64,000 nucleotides of DNA from Schmidtea nova (taxonomy: Eukaryota). The position numbers and the translations under genes were made by a program. Below are positions 10,590 to 23,289 of the stretch, in pieces. The notes under the pieces are model-generated. The model did not search any database. It was not told the DNA's origin and worked only from the letters and a program-made list of their open reading frames with translations. The stretch covers positions 37,882,001 to 37,946,000 of the forward strand of contig CM097884.1 in the NCBI GenBank assembly GCA_044892505.1. Direction: 5' to 3'. The stretch's first letter is position 1, and each line of letters begins with the position of its first letter.

Positions 10590-11960
10590 ACACTTATCAA
10601 TCAATCTAAGTACCAACAATAAACCGATCAACTAACTAATAATCTCATTACACACATACACAAATCAACAACTGAATAGTTAATGATCAGATACCAACTG
10701 ACTCTATCCACAAATGAACAACCGACTAGTTCTACACACTAACCAACTAACTCTTCGTATTAACCAACTAGGAAATTGTTCCATATGTCAATCAATTATC
10801 TCTTTCTATTAACTAGATATCAATTAATCCAATCCCCTTAGTTAACAAACAGACTAATTCCTTACTTACTAACTAGTTATATACACCAACCAACTAGTTA
10901 TACACACCATATAATTGGTTCTATTCATTATTCCTATACCAACAACCAACTACGTCAACTAACTATCTATACATACTAACCGGCAACCAATTCATTACTT
11001 ACTAACTCTTCTCATTAACCAACTAACTCTTCTCATTAACCAACTAACTCTTCTCATTAACCAACTAACTCTTCTCATTAACCAACTAATTCTATTCACA
11101 AATCACCAACCAACTACACTAATCAACTAACTAACTATACATACTAACCAACAACTAATTCCTTGCTTACCAACTACATCAATACATCAACAAACTAACT
11201 CTTCACATTAACCGACAAATATTATTCATTAATCATATACCAACCATACCAACTATATTAACCAACTAACTAACTAAGCACTCTAACTATCAACCAATAC
11301 CTTACTTTCCAACTACTTCTTCTCATTAACCAACTAAATCTATTCACAAATCACCAATCAACTACCCACTTTATACATATTAACCAGTCAGCAACCAAAT
11401 ACTTACCTACCAAGTAGTTTATTAACCAACTACTGCTACATGTTAACCAACTAGTTCTTTACATTAACCAACTAGTTCTATTCATTAATCCTATACCAAC
11501 CAACCAACCAACCAACCAACGGCTCTATACATACTAACCAGAAATCAATTCCTTACTAACCAACTATTTCTATACATTAATCTTATACCTATCAATCAAC
11601 CAAACAACTACACTAACCAACAATTCCTTACTAACCAACTAGTTATATACATTAACCAACTAACTCTATTCACAAATCATCAACCCACTACTCTAACCAA
11701 CTAACTAACTATACATACTAACCAGCAACTAATCTCTTACTTATATACATTAACCAACTAACTCTATTCATAAATCAACAACAGACTAGTAACTTAATAA
11801 ATGTCAATTGATTCTATTTACAATCAACTAGTTAAATCAACTAATCGGATACCAACTGATTCTATATATTAAACAAATAATTCTTCACTCTAAGGAAATT
11901 GTTCCACGTATCAATTAACTCTTCGCATTAACTATATATGATATTTAAAACTAACTGATT
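10590..11960. repeat. G-poor AACCAACT-rich degenerate minisatellite with 21-bp core array
   Basis: CTCTTCTCATTAACCAACTAA x4 at ~11005-11090; many TTAACCAACTA variants; strong strand skew. Confidence 0.8.
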
Positions 11961-12269
11961 CTAAATGTAGTGTCATAAAATTAAATTTATTACTTAGAAT
12001 AATTGAATTAATCTTTAGTTGATTATCTGTTTTTAAAAAAGGTATACAAATAACCACGTTGTTAAAAGGAAATTTTCTTTATTAAATAAAGTTCTTAAAG
12101 TCCCCTTTTGCCATAGAAATTGTGGGAATTGAAAATCCTATTCAAAATAATTTCAATCTATTTTACTAGTTTAAAAAATTTACACGTGTTTTTTATTTAC
12201 CATTAAAATTTTAGTTCAAAATTACCAGAGTCCCTTTTTGCCCGAGAAAAATCTCGGAGTAGAAAATCC

Positions 12270-12480
12270 TATTCAAAAGATCGACAAAAATTTTCCTATA
12301 CAAAAGATCGACGAAAAAACATAGTGGCCCTCCAACCCACCTGTACAAAAGACCGACAAAAATTTTCCTATACAAAAGATCGACGAAAAAACATAGTGGC
12401 CCTCCAACCCACCTGTACAAAAGACCGACAAAAATTTTCCTATACAAAAGATCGACGAAAAAACATAGTGGCTCCCCAAC
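12270..12480. repeat. 72-bp subterminal tandem repeat x3
   Basis: CAAAAGATCGACG at 12301, 12373, 12445. Confidence 0.9.
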
Positions 12481-12543
12481 CAATTTTTTTCTAGGGGGGT
12501 GGGTAGAATTTTGAAGTGGGTTGGGGGCCACTAATTACCTACT

Positions 12544-12822
12544 TATGAAACATGAAATTGTTTTGTACAGGATCATCAGTAGCAGACAACTCCTTTTTAT
12601 CACCATTTAGCAACTTTTATTTTAACAAATAATAAAGTATCATTCAAATCCAAATATTCTGTTTGCGATTTGTTAATGTAAAATATCACATCATTTCTAC
12701 CATATGTAACGGAATTCACGGAATTCTTCAAATGACCATATTCAATAACAAATTTAGGTAATAGTCAGTCAAAGATACATGATTCAGATTTATCACAAAT
12801 CATTTTACAAATATAGTTCCAT
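12544..12822 (-). pseudogene. Polinton major capsid protein, N-terminal fragment
   Basis: ICDKSESCIFD*LLPKFVIEYGH...VIFYINKSQTEYLDLNDTLLFVKIKV...PVQNNFMFH resembles the MCP N-terminus (C.KSELDLF...IE.G...Y.DL..T.L.V..KI); ends at the 12543 terminus. Confidence 0.7.
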
Positions 12823-13884
12823 GTTCTTTCATTCGATTGTTTAGATACCTATTTAATTTATTATAAAATTTAATTGACCTACTTAAATTTTACTATGATA
12901 ATATGTTAAATTTCTTAACCTTTGTTAAATCTTAGTTTACCTACTAAACTTTTGACCTTAAATTAACCTTTAATCTACTTCTTTAACATTAAAATTACCT
13001 ATTTTATTGGATACCATAGAAACAACATAATTTTCATGGAAGTCAGTGACCTACTTTTTTTAAAAATTTAGGGGAATGGGAAGTTGACTTATATTTTAAA
13101 AGAAGACACATCCCATTGTTAACACTTGAAAAAAGACAATATTTAAATTGTGTTTTTTGAATAAAAGAAACCAAGATTTGACGATTAATAAAATCAAATA
13201 ATGATCAAAGAGGACGAATATTAAAATTTTTGATGATAATAATTTTTGACAGTTAAAATTGAAAATTATATAGTGGAAATATAAATAAATACTTGATTTT
13301 TACTACAATTAGAATTTACATAACTTTTTTAATTTTCTAACCATCTGTCTTCGTCAACTGCGTTATTCAGAAATGTTTGCCGTCACTGAATATGGTAGCA
13401 ATCTATGGAATTGGATTTATGTGAAAAAAAGGTTAAAATAAAAATTAAGAATTTCCTTGTTTCTAGTTTATAAATAATAAATCAAAACAAGATGAGAAAA
13501 TCTGAGAATTTATTGAGCACTGGCAGCATTATCAGATTATCCAAATTTGTGTAATTTGATGTCGATTTCATAGGAAATATTTATCATAATTATAGGCTAT
13601 TTAAGGACGATTCCATTTCTTGATTTGATAAGCAAATCTATATATATATATATATATATACTGCTTTCTTTCATTATACATAAATAAATCAAATAAGTTT
13701 GTAAAAATTAATCACAAGTTCAAAGTTCTCCCAAATCATTACTTATTAGAATCACAGTTCAGCCCGTTACTGCCATCGCGGCTCACTAAATGGGGCATCA
13801 GTTATCACCAGTGACTGGAGCTAATATATATTTTAGAATGATTATAACATTATATAGATATAGATAGATAGGGTCCATAATGTT

Positions 13885-14035
13885 TTGAGTTCGGTATTTT
13901 TGAAAACGAAAATTTTGTTCGATCTTTTGTATAGGGAATTTTGGTCCTGATATTTGTATTGGATTTTCTACTCCCAGATTTTTTTCGGGCAAAAGGGACT
14001 GGATTTTTGTACATGGATCTTTGGTCTCAGTATAG
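13885..14035 (+). repeat. Fragment of Polinton subterminal repeat
   Basis: GGATTTTCTACTCCCAGATTTTTTTCGGGCAAAAGGGACT matches ~8355-8395. Confidence 0.7.
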
Positions 14036-14049
14036 TTGTACAGGCAATC

Positions 14050-16840
14050 TTTGTCTCGGTATTGTTATAGACTTGGTACTTTGAGAAATCTCGCAAATTC
14101 GAACCAGTTCCTGAATCTGACTCAACAAATGTTTTCTAAAATATCTATCTTTCATATAATCAACTATCTTCTCGACTTCAGAATGACAAAACAGTCCGCG
14201 TATTTCCTTTATAGTCTCTTGTATCTTATTTTCAGGTATCATCGTTTTCTTATGTACTTCTTTAAGTTTCTTTGTTGGCTGCTGCTTCTCCCTTCTTCTC
14301 TGATCGAGTCTAATAATTAATTTTTTATCCTCACTTTCTTAGCTTCTTCATGGGTCATTTGAAACTGAACACACGTGTCACATTTAGTTCTCGATATATG
14401 TCTTAATTTTGTGGATAAACACCTTTTCTGTATTCTACGACCATATCTAAACTGCTTAAATAATGATCCATGTTTGGAATTGTGAAGTAATTGGCTTCTT
14501 GATTGTCATCGTAAACGTGATCGCTTTGTGAACTGTCCTGAGTATGAATCTCTTTCCGTAGAGATAGTGCTTAAAATGAATGCAAAACTAGTATACAGAT
14601 AATAGTTTTTTCCTTGCAATACACTACCCTTTCTCGTGGCTCCTCATCGAGTGTGATTCATTAGCAATAACTGTCGCCTTTTCATCTTTATCTCTTGGTG
14701 AAAATACCGCTCCAATGGTATCAAAACTCAGATCAGGAAAACATAACATCGGTGCCGTCGTAAGTGTTCCATTAAATCCCTCAAACAAGCTATTCATTCC
14801 TTCCGTCCATTCCAATTTTATGTTACTAGGGCCACTACATAATTGTTCTAACATCATGGCCTTCTTTGCATACTCACTGATGAATCTTCTGTAATAATTG
14901 CAAATGCCTAAAAAGCTTTGGAGTTTCTTTATGCAACTTGGCTTTCCAAACTTAACCTTATATTATTTTTCTCTTTTTTCCATACGCATTTTAACGGCGT
15001 ATTCCATGGGGAATTACATTTCCGTATAATCCCATTTTCGTACAAATTCTATATTGCTTCTTCAACCTTTGTTTCCAAATTTAATAGTTGGCGATATGGT
15101 TTTATATTAATCGGTTCACCTCTTGTAACTATCTTATGTTTTACCAAATGCTTGCGACCCACATCCCATTTATCCGCCATGAACGCGTTTTCACTGTTCG
15201 TTATTATTTCCTTTAGTTTGCTATCTTCATTAATCTTTATATGTTCAAAGGCTCGTGTCAACCGTTCTCCGTCCTTTATTTGTCTGCCGAATTTTGATTC
15301 AATGTTACAAATATAGTTATTGTCTTTTTCACTAGCTTCCATATTATTTCTTTTCGACAGCCTATATCCAAATGCATCTTGTAATTCCACTCCTACAATC
15401 AAATCTGGTGTCACTTTCTCCGCCACAATGAATATAACTTCCTTAGAAATATTTCCAATAGTTACTTGCACCTTTGTTCTTCTTATTGTCTCTATCGTAC
15501 TCTCGTTTTTGCATCGTAATTTGTCGTCGTTCCTCAACAATTGTTGTCCTTGTAACTTGTTAAAACAGTTCACACTGATTACGTTGATTCGTAGCCCGGT
15601 ATCTAATAAACAGTCGACATTTTCCCATTCATCATTACTGTTACACTAAGTCTTCCTTGTAGCTTGTTTTACACAATTTTAACAGTCTGCTTCATTTCAA
15701 TTGTTCCAATTCTTTTTGCTTCTTTTTCAAATCTTTCTCTCCTTAAGAAACTGTATACTTTCTCACTTATTCTTCCTACATTTCACCACTTTTCTATTCC
15801 TTGAGGATATCCCATCAACTCTTCTGTTTGTATATGGCTCCATCCAACTCCTCTACGGGTAGAGCCCAGTTGTTTGGGTACGGCTTACTAAATTTATCTT
15901 CATTCTTCTACATGATTCCCTTTCCTCTTTTTCCTCAATTCCATTTATCTGATTGTATATGTTTCATGTCGGTCCTATTTCTCTATCGTTTTCCTGTAAC
16001 CCAACTTTCTATAATATTCTTTGGATCTATGACCATTTCTGTTGCATCTTTTACAACATATTTCCTGACAAAACCTTCTTATATGACCTTCTTTCCCACA
16101 ACCAAAACATCTTGGCGCTTTTTTATCTGGACACTTTCTACTTATTTGTCCGTTTCTGTGACATGTTCAGCACTAAACCTTTCCTTTCATTGGACAGTTT
16201 ATTTTCGTATGGCTTATTTTGTTGTATAACCAACATTCTAGCCCTTCTCTTCTACTACTTTCTTCTCTTTGTTCTTTGTGTTTGCACTGCTCGATCTCTG
16301 CGGCTCCTGATGGACAGCTCTTGCGTAACTTTTCCTAACGCTTATCTGATCTCTTTGTTTCTCCACTTTATCCATAAGAATTAGTGTTTTCTTTATTTCT
16401 TCTGTGCTTTTTATCTTTCGTAGTATTACTTCTTTCTCAACTTCCTTATTCTCCGCACATACTATCAACATCTTTGCTGTTTCTTTATCTTTGGTGGATT
16501 CTTTATTTTTGAAAAACCTGTTCACAAGAGCATCCACCTTTTAAAGTACTTTTCGATCTCTTCGCCTTTTTGCTTATTATTAAATAAAATTTCCAAATCC
16601 TTTATTACATCTCTTTTGTAATCAAATGCTATTCGAAAAGTGCCTTGAAATCCTTCTGCTTTTTTAAAAGTCCTTGCATAGTTTTCCAATAGATCCTTGT
16701 CAATCAAGCATGCTGTTAATCTTTCTTGTTCTCTCTTTTGCGTGATGCCCTTAGCATCGAAATAGATTTCGCATATTTTGATAAACTTTTCCAAGTCATC
16801 ACTTTGGCAAAACACCTTTGGTAGTAATCTTTCGGTCATT
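14050..16840 (-). mobile_element. Decayed Ty3/Gypsy LTR retrotransposon internal region (gag-PR-RT-RH-IN), RT core deleted
   Basis: gag-like 16839-15800; protease CLLDTG (~15600); PINIKPYR; LQSFLGICNYYRRFI; LTTAPMLCFPD; RNase H IGAVF...FKHYLYGKRFILRT; integrase Zn region at ~14240. Confidence 0.85.
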
Positions 16841-17289
16841 GCGTCCGTGTTTACCGCTTACATCATATTAGGATTTTCATTCTTTGAAACTTGGCAATTA
16901 ATTTGTAAGTCGCTAAATGAGTCCATAAAATTTATTTCAACAAAATAATTAAAAAACTTAAACTGGTTTTAATTTCTTATACTATTCAAAGAAATTTACC
17001 ATTTTCATTTTTTATTTGAAATTTTTCGATTTGAAATATTTTTTAAATTTTAACTTTTAAATTTAAAATCTTTTCTAAATTTTCAATTTCACATTTATCA
17101 AAGAATCAGCCAAGTATGATACAATTAGAATGAAAATAGAGGCTTTCATTCGGTCACTATTATTTATATTTTATATTACCACATCATTCATTATTCCTAG
17201 ATTTATCTCATCATCCCATCGCATTCATACAAAAAAAACAAATCACTACTGATTGATACATATATTTACGCTAAAGAGATGTTTGTATT

Positions 17290-19900
17290 TATGACCTTGA
17301 CGAGCTGCCTCTTTGTCAAATCACTCAACAAATCCACTTAGATGCCTAACTTTCCCGCGAACGGTCTCCTTTCTCGGCGTCGCTTGACACCTAATCTATT
17401 TCTTTTCTTTGTTTTAGATGGGAGTATCGCTGCGTCGGCCGTTGGATGCGCCGGTCTGTCGTTTGTCTTGGGTGGAAGGGTAACATTTTCCATTTGCGTT
17501 TCCATATCCAATTTGTTCGGTTGAACCCATCAATCGAAAGTGCTTCTTCTAATTTTGTGTTGTATATGCTATTCTATAAATTCTTTTGTTACTGCTCACA
17601 AACAACGATTTAGTTCGAGCTTCACCACCGCTGTCTCTCGAGCCTGCCTTTCCAGGGCTCTCACGGACTACTCTTGCATACTTCCTTCATCTATTCTGGG
17701 CTAAACCATGTTCTTTTTAGTTCGTCGATTTCCAACATTTGGCGGTTAATTTTTCCTTCTAGGAGATGAATACGCCTACGTAACTGTCGGTTTTCATCGG
17801 TGTTCACATGTTGCGTTAGTTTGTCCATCTACAAATGAATTCGAATTAGGACCTAACTACTCTCAAATTTTTATTGATCAATAGGAGTTCACTACCCACG
17901 GATTTGGGTCCCATCCGACTTTCAGGCTTTCATTCATCACCTCACCTCACTCGCATCAGATAAACAACATTCAGTCGAGAAAATAATCAAACACTAAAAC
18001 AATTTATTGCGATTTTACACTCAACACAACGTTCGACTCAATTAGTGACATGTCAATCCAGTCCTGTGTACAGTGACAGTCTACTTTCCGAATTCCAGTT
18101 AGCCAATAAGACTTTGGGGTTGGGCTTCCAGCATAGTTTGTCATTGTAGAGGAAAACCTCCCGAAACTGGACTGCTGAAGCCCACTGTACTTCATCTTTC
18201 CACTTTTCCTTGAAAATCCACGGCAGATTTGGGTAGGACCTCATTTCCCCTGTAAGAATATCATGTGGTTGGTCTAGCAATATATATATACCATTTGTTG
18301 TAAAGCTCGTCCTGGAATAGGTGTGAATAATAATATCCATTTAGATAAGCCCGCTTGGTCGCAGAATTTGACGAACCATTTACGTGATCGGATTCTCGAA
18401 GCTGGGTCTTGGAGTGGTCAGGAAGAGTCTCCTTCACACCTGACTCTCAGTTCAAATTGTTCCTCGGTATTTAAGGCTCGGAGTTAGGGAATTTTCTTTT
18501 CCAGTGACGAATACATCTTTCGACCTTGGTTTGGATGAGATCCGCAACCGATGATGTCGGCTGCGACCCTGAACAGGTAGATTTACCGTTCCGACGATGG
18601 TTACTTTTCATCGAAGTTGAAGCATTACTTCTCATTATCCGTATACTGAAATTACAATAATTATTCAACCAACCATCGCCATATCCACCATACTCGACCT
18701 TCCGGCATTCAATTAATTCAACTCTCATATCATTCTCATCAAGGAACTCATTTGCATACCGCACATTATGTCAACTCATATCCGACATCCCCCAACTTAT
18801 TTCCTACCTGAAATCATTCATTCACTATTTTCACATCAATCAATTTATCCCTGATATTCATACATCCAGACATCATCACTAATCGTGCTTCGGTGAGGGT
18901 TAGGGAACTTTGTTTTATCAAACTCAATTGCCCTCCTTTCTTCTCGATTCCTACGTGTACTTCTTGTTAGAATATCTGTTAATCATCAAACTCTCAACCT
19001 CTCATTCAACCTGGTCACTGTATTATAAATATTCTGTGCATTTTATTGTGTGTATCAAATTCGTCTTGTTGTGGTTTGTTCCTAGCGCTACTGTGCAGGT
19101 GGATTTGCCTGTTTGGTTCATTCATAACTCCCTGATTATTACTGATCAAACCGTCAATTGTCCATATGTGCAATCCCCTCCCAATCCCTTTAGTTTCTTC
19201 GCACTACGCTGCATCGGCCAACATCCATGAGAAATTGCGTCGAGAGGCCAATTTTCGCCCGTCGGGTCAGAAGACCGTCCGGGCGTGTTCCTACTAATCA
19301 ACTTACTTTTGAAAAATCATGAGGGTTTTATAACGTAATAGACACAATACAACTGATTATATCTTTTATTCCTTCCAATATCGCAATACTGTGATTGTTA
19401 CGAGAACTAAACAGTCTAAGACAAATTCAGTCAAGGTATAAAGCTTGCTTTATACTGATTTTAGTCGTTCCTTTTATAGTAATTTCGCCTGGGCGCTCAA
19501 TCAATCAGAATTCGCTGGTCAACTTGTAATTACTACTTAATTATTCTTAATTCGATATTATTATGTAATTATCTTGTTTACTATTCTCGATGGGTTTTTT
19601 AATTGATTTTAGAAGTTTCCATTTGTTTCACAATTGTTCATACATTAGGCCCGCACGGATCCATTTCGTTATTGATCTCGGCAAAGCGTGAGTAATTCTA
19701 CCGCTCTTGAGTGATTTTTACCGATTTGTTAATTACTAAATTTCTTTCGGTAACGTATGAGGGTTAATTTATTAATTTTACGAAATTTGTTTGTCTTTAC
19801 GACTGTTGAATTTTTCGCCGGACTTTTCTTACAGCTGTTCCTAACTAACTCAAGTGGGTTTTAAGTTTATGTTTTATTTTAATTGATTCAGCAACCACTA
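17290..19900 (-). other. Unclassified GC-richer decayed coding-like segment, probably mobile-element derived
   Basis: Higher GC than flanks; broken minus-strand ORFs including a coiled-coil-like stretch (~17700-17820) and Trp/Cys-rich stretches; no motif recognised. Confidence 0.3.
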
Positions 19901-19989
19901 TTTTTCTTTCAGCTTTTAGCTGTTGATAATTAGTTTTTGCTGATCAGTAATAATTATTGATTATTGATTATTTGTTTTTAGATGTCACT

Positions 19990-20282
19990 TCTATTTAGTT
20001 GGCGCAACAGGATTATCGATAGAAACATATTTAAAAAATAGTCAAGTTAATGAAGGAACGACAAAGCCAAAAATACTTAAACTTCATCGACAAATTTTCA
20101 ATTACAGTAATATTATTGAATCAATAATTGTTGGCGATTCCGATGTTCCACTATTAAAATCTATTTGAATTGAAAAATATGACCAGGATAATGTTGTGCA
20201 AATCACAATAGAAAATTCGATGTATTTATCCGTTTCAACTTTATGTATAAACAATATAGAAATAAAAATACACGATGACTCT
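19990..20282 (+). pseudogene. Polinton minor capsid protein (penton) fragment
   Basis: IFNYSNIIESIIVGDSDVPLLKSI*...SMYLSVSTLCINNIEIKIHDD resembles penton motif Y.DI.E..IVGD..APLLR...Y.PV....IEI.I.D. Confidence 0.7.
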
Positions 20283-20344
20283 CAATGGTCTCTCCGTAAA
20301 CGCTATTATTCAATAATTTATAGAAATCCCGATTTATCCTATTG

Positions 20345-21435
20345 AAGGATTCGTGTCGAAGTCAGGTATTTGTACTGATATAATTTTTCAGTATTTCTTT
20401 TTGTGTTTATTTTATTGCCTAATATATATTGACAACTTCCACTTAAAGGGCTATATATTATTTTAAAAGTCGCCAATGAATAACATAATTATTTATCGGA
20501 TGATGAGTTAATAATAATTAGGTACTGTTGAATTTCTTGGACAAATTTTCTCAGATGCGAATGGAAAATCATCTAATAAATCTTTAATGCTATTTGGTAT
20601 CACCAAGTCCACTTCCAAGGTGTATCCGTAAGATAATGATTTCAGTTTTGAACTAATTCAGTCAATCAAAATAGATATAAAATGGTGATTTCTTCGTAGC
20701 AGCTCTAAGTATTAAATAAATTAATAAATCAGTAACAAAATAAGCCTTTGCTGCAAAAATAATTTTCTCACTTAATAAAATTATTTTTGCAGCAAAGGCT
20801 TATTTTGTTATTTATTTATTAATTTACAAAATAGATAATAATTCTACTTCATTATATATCCACTCAAAACCCGCACATGGCAAGTTTTGGCCAAGTGCCC
20901 ATCCGTACAAGTTATTTATATCTATATAAAGCAATTATGTTTCATCATCTGTTACTGCGTGGTGTTTATTTACAAATGTGAGATCAGATTATGAAATACA
21001 ATGGGTAATATTTTTTTAATTTTTCGTTGTTGATTGCATTAATTACATGCAACTTCTAGATATTTGCCGGTGAAGTAATCATGGTCTCTCACTGTTTTTA
21101 GCATTGGCTTTTAACATGGGTAACAAGTGATTGCAGCACTAAAAGGTAAATTTTCTTCGTTTGATAAAAAATTTATTTGTTAATATCCTTTTCTATTATT
21201 CTAATCTCTAACAATATATTTTGAGATATTTTCAACTTTAACCAGAAATTTGTATACACAATCTGGTCCAATAAATTCCATGAATTTTGTTTGTCCTCTA
21301 AAATTATATACCAGTAACAGCCCCGCTGCTATGGGCAAATGTTTTTGGTGTTGTCTTTCATCCAGGGCAAAGCAACTTCGAAATCGGCATACATGACGAA
21401 TGGTGGGGTTACCACTTTTGACCTGTCATAGCAAG
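20345..21435 (-). pseudogene. Protein-primed DNA polymerase B (Polinton) fragments
   Basis: PFVMYADFE (~21400); LLYIDINNLYGWALGQNLP..GFEW (~20900); GYTLEVDLVIP...DDFPFASE and YVIHWRLLK (~20620-20470). Confidence 0.85.
20697..20826. mobile_element. Palindromic MITE inserted in pPolB remnant
   Basis: AACAAAATAAGCCTTTGCTGCAAAAATAATTTT ... AAAATTATTTTTGCAGCAAAGGCTTATTTTGTT; related copy at 50175-50287. Confidence 0.7.
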
Positions 21436-21436
21436 A

Positions 21437-23035
21437 CTTTGGTCGAACTTTTGTACAGTGATTTCTAGTCCTGATATTTTGTATAGGATTTTTTACTTCA
21501 ATATTTTTCTCGGGCAAAAAGGGACTTTGGGTTTTTTGAACAGGAAATTTTGGTCTGGCATTTTTATACAGTGATTTTTGGTTGATCTTCTAAACGTGAT
21601 TTAGCGGTCCTCCATTTTTTAAGTCCGGATCTTTTTTACAAGCAATTTTGGTTCTTATATTTTGTACATAATTTTCTACTCCTAGATTTTACTATGGAAA
21701 TATTGCATGTCCTTTTAGGTAATTTATACAGGGATTTTCCGTCTCAGTATTTTGAACATGGATTTTGGGTCTTGTATTTTTGTACAGGATTTTCAAATCT
21801 CAGATTTTTATACGGCAAAAAGGGATTCTGATAATTTGTTCAAGGGATTTTGGTTTTATATTTTGTACAGGATTTTCTACTCTCACAATATTTCTATTAC
21901 AAATAAAGACTTAGATAATTTTCAACTGAAATCTTTGAATATAGATTTTAATAGTAAATAAAAAACACGTGTTAAATTTTTAAACAAGTAAAATATATTG
22001 AAATTATTCTGAATAGGATTTTCAACTGCCACAATTTCTTCAGGCAAGAAAGTGACTCCGGTAATTTTGAACTGAAAATTTATATAAATATTTAAGAAAA
22101 AAGGGTAATAAATACGTGGTTAAATTAAAATAGGCAATAAAACATGGAGAATTTTAAGAGAAGTCAAAAGAATGACATAATATTTTAAAACTTAATGAAA
22201 AAAGGTAAAAATAAAGTAAGCTCTGAGTTGAAATGACATAATATTTAAAAATTAATAAAAAGGGTAAAAATATGGTAATGTGAGAGTTGAAATGACATAA
22301 TGTAAAAATTTTAAAAATAAGTACGAAATATTTTGTGAAATCTCAGAGTAGGTAAATTTTAAAAATTAATTTTAAGTAAATAATTTAAAACATTTTAAGT
22401 AAATTATTTCTCGGTCAAAAATGGACTCTGGTAATTTATAATGGAATTTTGGTTTGGGAATTTTTAAAAATTTAAAAATAGTCAGAATTTAATAATTTCT
22501 ATACAAATCTGCTGAGAATTGAAAGGCCAACAATAATGGTCAAAAAAGTAAAAGCTTGAAACATTTGTCTCATCCGACACAATTTAACACGTAAAAATGG
22601 TCAACTTCGGCAATTTCAATTAATTCAAAAATGGTCAGAATTCATTAATTTTTTTACCAATCTACTGAGAATATAAAGGTAAACAATAATGGTCAAAAAA
22701 GTAAAAACATGAAAAATTTTACTCATCCGACTAATTTCAACAAATAAAAAGGGTCAACTCCAACAATTTCCATAAATTCAAAAATGCTCAGAATGATTTT
22801 TAATATTTTGTACTGGATTTACAACTCTCACAATTTCTACGGTAAAAAAGGACTGGTAATTTTGAACTGAAATTTAAAATAGAGATTTTAATGGTAAATA
22901 AAGACACGTTCAAATTATTTAAACAACTAAAATAGCTTTAAATTATTTTGAATTAAAATTTCAACTCCCAGAATTTTTCTGGGCAAAAAAGAAGCTCTGG
23001 TAATTTTGAACAAAGATTTTAAATAAAGATTTAAG
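21437..23035 (+). repeat. Degenerate copy of the Polinton subterminal/internal repeat block
   Basis: Shares CGGGCAAAAAGGGACT, AAACACGTGT and TGACATAATATTT motifs with 8200-9650. Confidence 0.75.
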
Positions 23036-23044
23036 AAAAGTATT

Positions 23045-23275
23045 TTAACCAACTGTGAAAATAATTTTTAAGTCTTACAAAGTTCGGGAGATGTTCAGTA
23101 ATAAATCTGTGAGGCCATTTGGTCTGTGTTCTGATCTCGTATATAGTTTTACTTGTAATGAGTGTAATACTACATACACTGGAGAGACTGCCCGTCATCT
23201 CTGTACATGAGTTCAAGAGCATGCCAGAAAGAGCGGAAAGAGTAATATTCTTTAGCATAATAAGACATGCAAGTA
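23045..23275 (+). mobile_element. Penelope-like element GIY-YIG endonuclease fragment
   Basis: SDLVYSFTCNECNTTYTGETARHLCT*VQEH...SNIL*HNKTC matches VVY.F.C..C...YIG.T.R.L..R..EH. Confidence 0.75.
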
Positions 23276-23289
23276 AAGCATTAATATTG

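Larger units (their letters stand above)
8042..12543. mobile_element. Non-coding Polinton-derived element with long inverted subterminal repeats; right terminus intact
   Basis: 8042-8670 is an inverted homolog of ~12100-12480; right end ...TAATTACCTACT (5'-AGTAG on minus strand, Polinton-type); left terminus missing. Confidence 0.6.

Noticed and set aside
11005-11090. 21-bp repeat encoding an INQLTLL heptad
   Set aside because: No long ORF or start context; surrounding tract is full of stops
8385-12480. CRISPR-like array
   Set aside because: Units are full tandem duplications without unique spacers; eukaryotic context; no cas genes
12211-12531. Repetitive ORFs (also 7998-8237, 13798-13992, 21752-21961)
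   Set aside because: Translations of the 72-bp and related subterminal repeats; frames are not conserved between copies
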